From the IMG/VR virus record IMGVR_UViG_3300000956_000008: a stretch of 37,198 nucleotides of DNA. One strand, 5' to 3'. Shown one piece after another: positions 32,095 to 37,198 of the stretch (position 1 is its first letter; every line of letters starts with the position of its first letter). The notes under the pieces are model-generated. The model was not told the DNA's origin and did no database searches. It was given only the letters and a program-made list of their open reading frames with translations. A program made the translations under genes and the position numbers. The DNA comes from an uncultured virus (IMG/VR IMGVR_UViG_3300000956_000008) (lineage: Duplodnaviria; Heunggongvirae; Uroviricota; Caudoviricetes).

Positions 32095-32224
32095 CACTCT
32101 TTTTAACGAGAAATTGAAAACAGCACCGACAGCGATACCAACCACACAACGAACATAAATGTCAATACGGTTATGATGATTCTTTCTACAGGTGTCATGT
32201 CTGCCAATCTCCCTAGAGGGAAGA

Positions 32225-32248
32225 AAAGCCCCGTTGATTAGACGGGGC
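32225..32248 (-). terminator. terminator after the DGQHR gene
   Basis: GCCCCGT CTAATCA ACGGGGC TTTT. Confidence 0.8.
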
Positions 32249-32261
32249 AAGGGGTTTGCTG

Positions 32262-33719
32262 TTAGGCCGCGTCTACCTTTTCAGCGGTACGGCTTGGGAG
32301 TTTCAACATCCAGCGAATCATGTCACCAATGATTGGGTAAATGTCGTTATGACGTGTACCAAATTTCATCCATTTGTTCTGGCTATCGAACGTCCCAATA
32401 TTCCGGTTAGTGTCACCGCCATCAGGCAGATAGTCACGCAAGCCGTTAAGCTTTTGCTTGATGCGGTCCTGTTCAGTCAGTTCATAAAACCGCCATACAG
32501 GGTTAGTGTGGCTGAAGTTGACTTGTGACAAGCCTTGCAGAAGCCTTTCGAGGTCTTCACCGGCTGTAGCGTCACGACGACGACCAAACCCCAGATCGTA
32601 TACCAGCTTAGCGACAGCTTTGACGACTACAGGCTGTGCCAGCACAGTGTAAGCTTTTGCCCCCGGCTTACCGAAGCCCGGAACGTTAGCGATAGCGCCC
32701 CATGCCCTGCAAGCTGTAGCATATTTCTCTTCTACATCGGCTGGCGTGGCACTGGCAATGCTGGTTTTGTTCAGGAACAGGATAGCGTTAGTCGCTGCAA
32801 GGTCGCGGAATGTCCAGCGGCCTGTATCCTTGTTCCAGTTGGACTGGTCACCGTCTGTTACGTCGTCCCAGTCCAGAATGTGAGGCAGTAGTTCGTTCTG
32901 GATGAACTGGTTAACAGGGTTGGCGCTGTCAAACTTCAGAGCGAGGGAGCGCTCTACCTTCTTAGCAAGGTTGTTCAGGTCGTGAAACAATTGCTGTTCT
33001 TCCCGAACGCCCAAGCCTAGATGAATCTCTACAGCGATCTTGCTAAAGCCCCGTGCCACTTCGTCGCATTCGTCCCATGCCGCCAGCACTTCGGTAGGGA
33101 TTGGTTCCTTGAAGTTGCCTTCAAAGAGTTTTGGTTTGCGTGGATATTTCCGATTGAGCCTGATTTCAGTCAGGAATTCGAAAACCAAATCCATCGCATA
33201 ACGACGGTGCTGACCATCGATCACATACAGCATGTCACGCTGACCAAGGAACACTTTAAAGCACGCCGTCTCACCGTCGGCTTCCATCCGCTTGCCTTCG
33301 ATGCCAGCGCCACCGGGAGCAACGGTGCGAAGGTTGCAAACGATAGGTTGCAAACTCATGTAGGTTTGTGGCCCCATTACCCTTTGTAGTTCATGCAATG
33401 CCAGACTTTCTGGCTTATTGAAGTTGCGACGGTATTCGATAGCCGCTGCAATCATGCCGCGAAGTATGTACTTTGCCAGACCGGTGGCGTGTGCCTCGTT
33501 GAGTGGGCGTTGTGTGGCTGGCGAGCCATCAGGCTGGCGCTCGTTTGCCACCTTGCTCATGGCGTAGAAGTCTTTCATTGGAATCAGGGCAATGAAGGTG
33601 CGGTGCCCCAGATTGTGACCAATGAACACCTTTTCAGGTCTGACTTGAGAGTCAGCTTCTTTCAGCAGGTTGTCGATAGAGGTCAGTGGAGTAGGAAGCG
33701 ATTCATTAGGCATGAACAT
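32262..33719 (-). CDS. DGQHR-domain (DndB-like, ParB/Srx superfamily) protein, 485 aa
   Basis: QRPLNEAHA, YVIDGQHR, EQQLFHDLN; AGGAG RBS. Confidence 0.88.
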   Translation of the reverse strand: MFMPNESLPTPLTSIDNLLKEADSQVRPEKVFIGHNLGHRTFIALIPMKDFYAMSKVANERQPDGSPATQRPLNEAHATGLAKYILRGMIAAAIEYRRNFNKPESLALHELQRVMGPQTYMSLQPIVCNLRTVAPGGAGIEGKRMEADGETACFKVFLGQRDMLYVIDGQHRRYAMDLVFEFLTEIRLNRKYPRKPKLFEGNFKEPIPTEVLAAWDECDEVARGFSKIAVEIHLGLGVREEQQLFHDLNNLAKKVERSLALKFDSANPVNQFIQNELLPHILDWDDVTDGDQSNWNKDTGRWTFRDLAATNAILFLNKTSIASATPADVEEKYATACRAWGAIANVPGFGKPGAKAYTVLAQPVVVKAVAKLVYDLGFGRRRDATAGEDLERLLQGLSQVNFSHTNPVWRFYELTEQDRIKQKLNGLRDYLPDGGDTNRNIGTFDSQNKWMKFGTRHNDIYPIIGDMIRWMLKLPSRTAEKVDAA

Positions 33720-33788
33720 GGCATTTCTCCTGAAACGTTGGGTTTGCCTTTCGGCTTGGGCTTGGCTTGTTTGCCTTGCTTGATTAAG

Positions 33789-33816
33789 AGACTAGCACCC
33801 CTAGAACGAGAGTCAA
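33789..33816 (-). promoter_or_regulatory. promoter of the DGQHR cassette
   Basis: TTGACT-N16-TAGTCT with AT-rich upstream element. Confidence 0.6.
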
Positions 33817-33846
33817 GAAAATTTTCAAATTATTTTTCAGTAATGA

Positions 33847-33871
33847 AAAAGCCCCGACAGGCGGGGCTTTC
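33847..33871 (-). terminator. intrinsic terminator upstream of the DGQHR cassette
   Basis: AAAGCCCCG CCTGT CGGGGCTTTTT. Confidence 0.85.
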
Positions 33872-33885
33872 CTCAGGCTATTGCA

Positions 33886-34182
33886 TCAATCATGCCAATC
33901 TACATCAACATCGTTTGAAGCGGCTAGCTGGCCCTGCAAGCTGTTTTGCAGCTCTTCTTGAAACTCTACCTTGATAGCTTGAAACATTCCCGGCGACAAT
34001 TGCAGCAAGGCGCCCCCCGGCTTTACATTCAGGCCGCAAATTGTCACCTCAGCGTAAGTGTTATCCAGATGCTTTACCAGCTCACTGTCTGACACTTGCA
34101 CAACCCCAAGCTTCACGTCATAACCACGGAAAGCTTTTACAGCTCCTAACGACAGCAAAACAACCTTATTCATACTGCCCAA
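33886..34182 (-). CDS. early hypothetical protein (start 34182 or 34173)
   Basis: AGGAG RBS, own promoter. Confidence 0.75.
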   Translation of the reverse strand: MGSMNKVVLLSLGAVKAFRGYDVKLGVVQVSDSELVKHLDNTYAEVTICGLNVKPGGALLQLSPGMFQAIKVEFQEELQNSLQGQLAASNDVDVDWHD

Positions 34183-34245
34183 TCTGTCCTACTCCTAAGT
34201 GTCCAGCGGGCGCCGTTGTGGCTTGTACCCTAGCTGGTAATGCGT

Positions 34246-34273
34246 ATTCTACAGGATGTTAGGGGCATGTCAA
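34246..34273 (-). promoter_or_regulatory. early sigma70 promoter
   Basis: TTGACA-N16-TAGAAT. Confidence 0.8.
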
Positions 34274-34310
34274 CTAGAAAACTCTAATTAAATCAGTGCC
34301 CCTAGACGGT

Positions 34311-34652
34311 TTATTCAGGCTGTTTATCATCTTCAAAAATGTATTCATCACCGCCAACCTTGCAGCTAGTCATTTTCGACAGTGTGACGTTTACCCAAGG
34401 ATAGGGATTGCCCTTTGCGATCTTGTCAGGATCAGCGGCGGTATAGTTGTCAGGGTTGTGAGCCGCTGGATTAGCCTGTACCACAGCATTAGTGCCACTG
34501 GCAAGGGCTTTATTCATCCATTGCTTTAGCACGCGATGTGTGCTAGTCCCGTCCTTTTTCTGCCACGTCACTGCGAACATCTGGCCTTTGTTACCGTCCA
34601 GAATTTCACGTTTCTTTTCGATTGAAGCGCCTTTGATAATGATGGTAGCCAT
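34311..34652 (-). CDS. WYL_2/Sm-like SH3-barrel protein, 113 aa
   Basis: FAVTWQKKDGT motif; paralogous to 36726-37028. Confidence 0.65.
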   Translation of the reverse strand: MATIIIKGASIEKKREILDGNKGQMFAVTWQKKDGTSTHRVLKQWMNKALASGTNAVVQANPAAHNPDNYTAADPDKIAKGNPYPWVNVTLSKMTSCKVGGDEYIFEDDKQPE

Positions 34653-34684
34653 TTGCTATTACTCCGGTTTGTGTGCCTGTAGTG

Positions 34685-34713
34685 ATTCTAGGTCAGTCAG
34701 TCGCATTCGTCAA
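34685..34713 (-). promoter_or_regulatory. early sigma70 promoter
   Basis: TTGACG-N17-TAGAAT. Confidence 0.75.
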
Positions 34714-34759
34714 GGGCAATTGTGACAGGAAAATCATAATCATCTTCTATACAATCCAT
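34697..34759 (-). CDS. possible 20-aa acidic micropeptide (MDCIEDDYDFPVTIALDECD)
   Basis: Only ORF directly after the promoter at 34776-34803; AAGGGG RBS-like element. Confidence 0.35.
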   Translation of the reverse strand: MDCIEDDYDFPVTIALDECD

Positions 34760-34775
34760 CACCCCTTGAGCGTCC

Positions 34776-34803
34776 ATTGTAGCAGGGTAGAACACTCTGT
34801 CAA
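34776..34803 (-). promoter_or_regulatory. early sigma70 promoter
   Basis: TTGACA-N16-TACAAT. Confidence 0.75.
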
Positions 34804-34844
34804 TAGGATTGTGTACGCCTTTTTTAAATACTTTCCAGAACACT

Positions 34845-35186
34845 TTAGAGCCCTTTATAACAGGCAGCACCGGATTCTGTTAACAGTTCCGAACGGTGCC
34901 ATTCAATGCCCCACACTGTTAACATAGCCTGAAGTTTGCGTGTGTAGTTATTGCCCTGCGCATAGGTGGCTGTCTGCTTATAATACACTTCACCGTCTGG
35001 CTGAATGATAACACCACTTAAACCACTATCTGGCGCGTCATTCTCAAACAAGGCCACACGGTGCCAGCCTTTATGGTCACGAAAAAGCTTAACTATGAAC
35101 CCATTATCTAGGTTAAGGGAGCGTAGCTCAACCTCATAACCTGTAGTGGAGCATTGGTTAAGCGCGTTCCAGATAGTGCAATTCAT
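34845..35186 (-). CDS. early hypothetical protein, 113 aa
   Basis: AAGGGG RBS before MNCTIW. Confidence 0.75.
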   Translation of the reverse strand: MNCTIWNALNQCSTTGYEVELRSLNLDNGFIVKLFRDHKGWHRVALFENDAPDSGLSGVIIQPDGEVYYKQTATYAQGNNYTRKLQAMLTVWGIEWHRSELLTESGAACYKGL

Positions 35187-35190
35187 AGTA

Positions 35191-35883
35191 CTAGCCCCTT
35201 GCAATCAATTCGACAGATTTTGCGGCTGTACCATGAGCGCGAAAGCCGATTATGTAGTCACGTTTTACATCTTGACAAAGGGCACACTTAACACAATTAA
35301 CTTTGTCGTTGTTCTCGGCTGGACAAATCACAACCTTATTACCAGCGGGAGTATAAGATACTTTCTCAGCATCACGCGGCATAATTACAACAACTGGAGC
35401 AACATTTAAAGCTTTCAACTTATCAGCATGATTAACGTCATTGCCACTAACATTAATTGTGAAGCCTTTAACGTTTGCATCTTGAATTAACAAAGCGTTT
35501 TGACGGCTCTCGAATGTATCAGACAGCACGTCATAATGCGTATATGTAAAGCCACGTTTACGACCATTGGCGACAATCAAATCACGCAACTTAGGCCCGT
35601 CAATCATTACAGCATCACCGTTTAAATCACCGGCTTGATTATGACGCCAAAGTGTGTTGTTCGAAAGGGCTTTAATTTGACGGATAAACTGGGGCCACTC
35701 TACAGCGTTCTTAGACTCGCCATTATCCAGTTTACGCCAATGCATACCGACAGGACCATACTTGGCATAACAGCCTTTAGCCTTGATAGGGCAAGCATCG
35801 GGGCAAGTGGTAGAGTTAGAAGTGGAGACAGGCATAGGACCGGTTTTAGTGTTGCCGGAAACTGGATTAAGAACGTAGAACAC
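35191..35883 (-). CDS. gp88-like, radical-SAM-like Cys-rich protein, 230 aa
   Basis: NTKTG, CPDACP....CYA, RHNQAGD, FTYTH, CPA...CVKCALC, GFRAHG. Confidence 0.7.
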   Translation of the reverse strand: MFYVLNPVSGNTKTGPMPVSTSNSTTCPDACPIKAKGCYAKYGPVGMHWRKLDNGESKNAVEWPQFIRQIKALSNNTLWRHNQAGDLNGDAVMIDGPKLRDLIVANGRKRGFTYTHYDVLSDTFESRQNALLIQDANVKGFTINVSGNDVNHADKLKALNVAPVVVIMPRDAEKVSYTPAGNKVVICPAENNDKVNCVKCALCQDVKRDYIIGFRAHGTAAKSVELIARG

Positions 35884-35929
35884 TGCAATTCCTTACTACT
35901 TAGAGGGTTTGTGCTTTTCAATGTCGAGT

Positions 35930-35957
35930 ATTGTACAGCGTTGATATGTAGCGTCAA
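35930..35957 (-). promoter_or_regulatory. early sigma70 promoter
   Basis: TTGACG-N16-TACAAT. Confidence 0.75.
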
Positions 35958-35959
35958 CA

Positions 35960-36340
35960 CTATTTACCAAGAAATTTAAAAAGAATTATGGCCGCAACAA
36001 TATAAATTAGCTTGACTTTCCATTTAGGCCACGGCTTGGTTTGCACCGTCCGTGCCTTGATTTCAACCGTTTTGTCTGGCTTGACGTAACGGCCTGTAGC
36101 CTTGAGCATGGCTGTTTTAGCCCTAGCTTCACGAATATCTAGCGCCTCATGGCAGTCTAGATAGGTGTCATATTCGATCATATCAAGGCTTAGAGCGCGT
36201 TCCAGCTCTATCCTCAGATCGTCGATTGTGTCAACCTCTACAGCGCCTTTGCCTAGAATCCGTTGGTGGAGTGGTGGCTTCACCTTGACTCTGGGTTTAG
36301 GCTGTGCTTTGGGTTGTGGAGCCCGTCGTATGCCAGCCAT
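35960..36340 (-). CDS. early protein with C-terminal TM anchor, 126 aa
   Basis: Basic N terminus, LIYIVAAIILF tail. Confidence 0.75.
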   Translation of the reverse strand: MAGIRRAPQPKAQPKPRVKVKPPLHQRILGKGAVEVDTIDDLRIELERALSLDMIEYDTYLDCHEALDIREARAKTAMLKATGRYVKPDKTVEIKARTVQTKPWPKWKVKLIYIVAAIILFKFLGK

Positions 36341-36341
36341 A

Positions 36342-36455
36342 TTAAAACCCTACGTACCACTTGCCGAAAGCTTTGCCAACCTTGACAGCATAACCGCAAG
36401 TGTCCGCCCACAATACCGCATGATGAATCGAATCAAACCATACATAAAACAACAC
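36342..36455 (-). CDS. 37-aa microprotein (MLFYVWFDSIHHAVLWADTCG...)
   Basis: AGGAG RBS, GTG start, own promoter. Confidence 0.65.
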   Translation of the reverse strand: MLFYVWFDSIHHAVLWADTCGYAVKVGKAFGKWYVGF

Positions 36456-36475
36456 TTTGCAATCTCCTAAAACCG

Positions 36476-36504
36476 AGTGTAGACAACGATTGACAGGCTG
36501 TCAA
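36476..36504 (-). promoter_or_regulatory. early sigma70 promoter with palindromic -35
   Basis: TTGACA GCC TGTCAA; N17; TACACT. Confidence 0.7.
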
Positions 36505-36507
36505 GCC

Positions 36508-36651
36508 CTATTCTTTATCAGCCCAAATGCCCCAAGCTTGGGTGCCCCGGCGGCCCGAACGGCGGCCTATGTCACCCTTTCGGGCTTGCTTCTTGGCTTG
36601 TTCGTACTGGTAGGAGGTTACAAAATCAGATGCTTTGACTGGACGTGCCAT
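36508..36651 (-). CDS. 47-aa basic microprotein (MARPVKASDFVTSYQYEQAKKQARKG...)
   Basis: AAGGA RBS, own promoter. Confidence 0.7.
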   Translation of the reverse strand: MARPVKASDFVTSYQYEQAKKQARKGDIGRRSGRRGTQAWGIWADKE

Positions 36652-36686
36652 TTACTACTTATCCTTAAACCGTTCTTAGTTAGTGT

Positions 36687-36721
36687 GCCGTTATTCTATG
36701 GTTAACGGCTTACCATGTAAA
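36687..36721 (-). promoter_or_regulatory. early sigma70 promoter with inverted repeat enclosing the -10
   Basis: TTTACA-N17-TAGAAT; GCCGTTA/TAACGGC. Confidence 0.75.
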
Positions 36722-36725
36722 GCGT

Positions 36726-37028
36726 TTAATCGAATTTAATTCGACGGCCACCAATGGATAACGCTTTGATAGTTTCCATGTTGACATTGCGGAGTTGTTC
36801 CCGGCCTTTATCGTCCTTCTTATTAAGAACAATCGTCACATACTTTTCAATGTGAGCCGTAGTATTAACGCCACCTTTGCCAGTCTTTCGGATATGACCG
36901 TTTAGTGTGCGTTCGGTGCCGTCCTTCTTAATGAATGTAACACCGAAAAACTTAGAGCCGTTGGCGTGAATCAGTGCGGCAATTTGCTTGCTAACAACAT
37001 CAGTCTTTACAGTCTTCAAAGCTTGCAT
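36726..37028 (-). CDS. WYL_2/Sm-like SH3-barrel protein, 100 aa
   Basis: FFGVTFIKKDGTERTLN...LRNVN; GAGGA RBS. Confidence 0.7.
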   Translation of the reverse strand: MQALKTVKTDVVSKQIAALIHANGSKFFGVTFIKKDGTERTLNGHIRKTGKGGVNTTAHIEKYVTIVLNKKDDKGREQLRNVNMETIKALSIGGRRIKFD

Positions 37029-37068
37029 CTTAGTTCCTCTAGTTGGGGTTGTTTGTTTGTGTGGGGCC

Positions 37069-37096
37069 ATCTTATCACCGTTTGGCATTACGTCAA
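37069..37096 (-). promoter_or_regulatory. early sigma70 promoter
   Basis: TTGACG-N16-TAAGAT then GGCCCCACACAAACAAAC. Confidence 0.8.
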
Positions 37097-37198
37097 CAAC
37101 AAAACGCGATAAACCTTAAAATCTTTTGAGGCGTGCTAGATAAATGAACCGGGCGAGCGCGTGATACAGGATAATTTATTTTTGTCAAGGGCTTGCAT

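Noticed and set aside
32262..33719. Complete phosphorothioation (dnd) system
   Set aside because: Only a DGQHR protein is present; no DndA/C/D/E genes in the window
37161..37188. TTGACA-N16-TATCAC as a further promoter
   Set aside because: The -10 lacks the conserved final T and lies at the window edge; not called
1..37198. Prophage, integrase or IS elements; stop-codon recoding
   Set aside because: No integrase, repressor or transposase motifs; genes read intact in the standard code, TAA, TGA and TAG all serve as stops, and no suppressor tRNA is present

Overview
A 37 kb segment of a lytic dsDNA tailed phage genome. The host is probably Pseudomonas; this is inferred from gene content and a Pseudomonas-type parS-like site, not proven. 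It has four zones. (1) 1-3230, minus strand: a cluster of 11 tRNA genes interleaved with several non-tRNA structured elements, a probable terminase small subunit, and a ~225-nt multi-hairpin element with three GNRA loops. (2) 3293-25960, plus strand: metabolic and counter-defence genes, including PhoH, a ClpP-like protease, dCMP deaminase, DNA ligase, an HD alarmone-hydrolase-like protein, a phosphoesterase, an Rnl1-type RNA ligase plus kinase, a Prs-like and NAMPT-like pair (NARP1-type NAD+ reconstitution), a macrodomain, a SLOG protein, a TelA-vWA-TerC-TerD cluster, and a release-factor-like protein with GGM in place of GGQ fused to an L7/L12- or EF-Ts-like domain. (3) ~25990-26910: a non-coding convergence zone with a parS-like palindrome, 20-bp direct repeats, inverted sigma54-like boxes and many hairpins. 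(4) 26915-37198, minus strand: an array of small early or host-takeover genes, most with their own sigma70 promoter (17 found), including a self-contained DGQHR/DndB-like cassette, an RMF-fold microprotein and two WYL_2/SH3-like paralogues. All product calls come from motifs read by eye; no database search or folding program was run.
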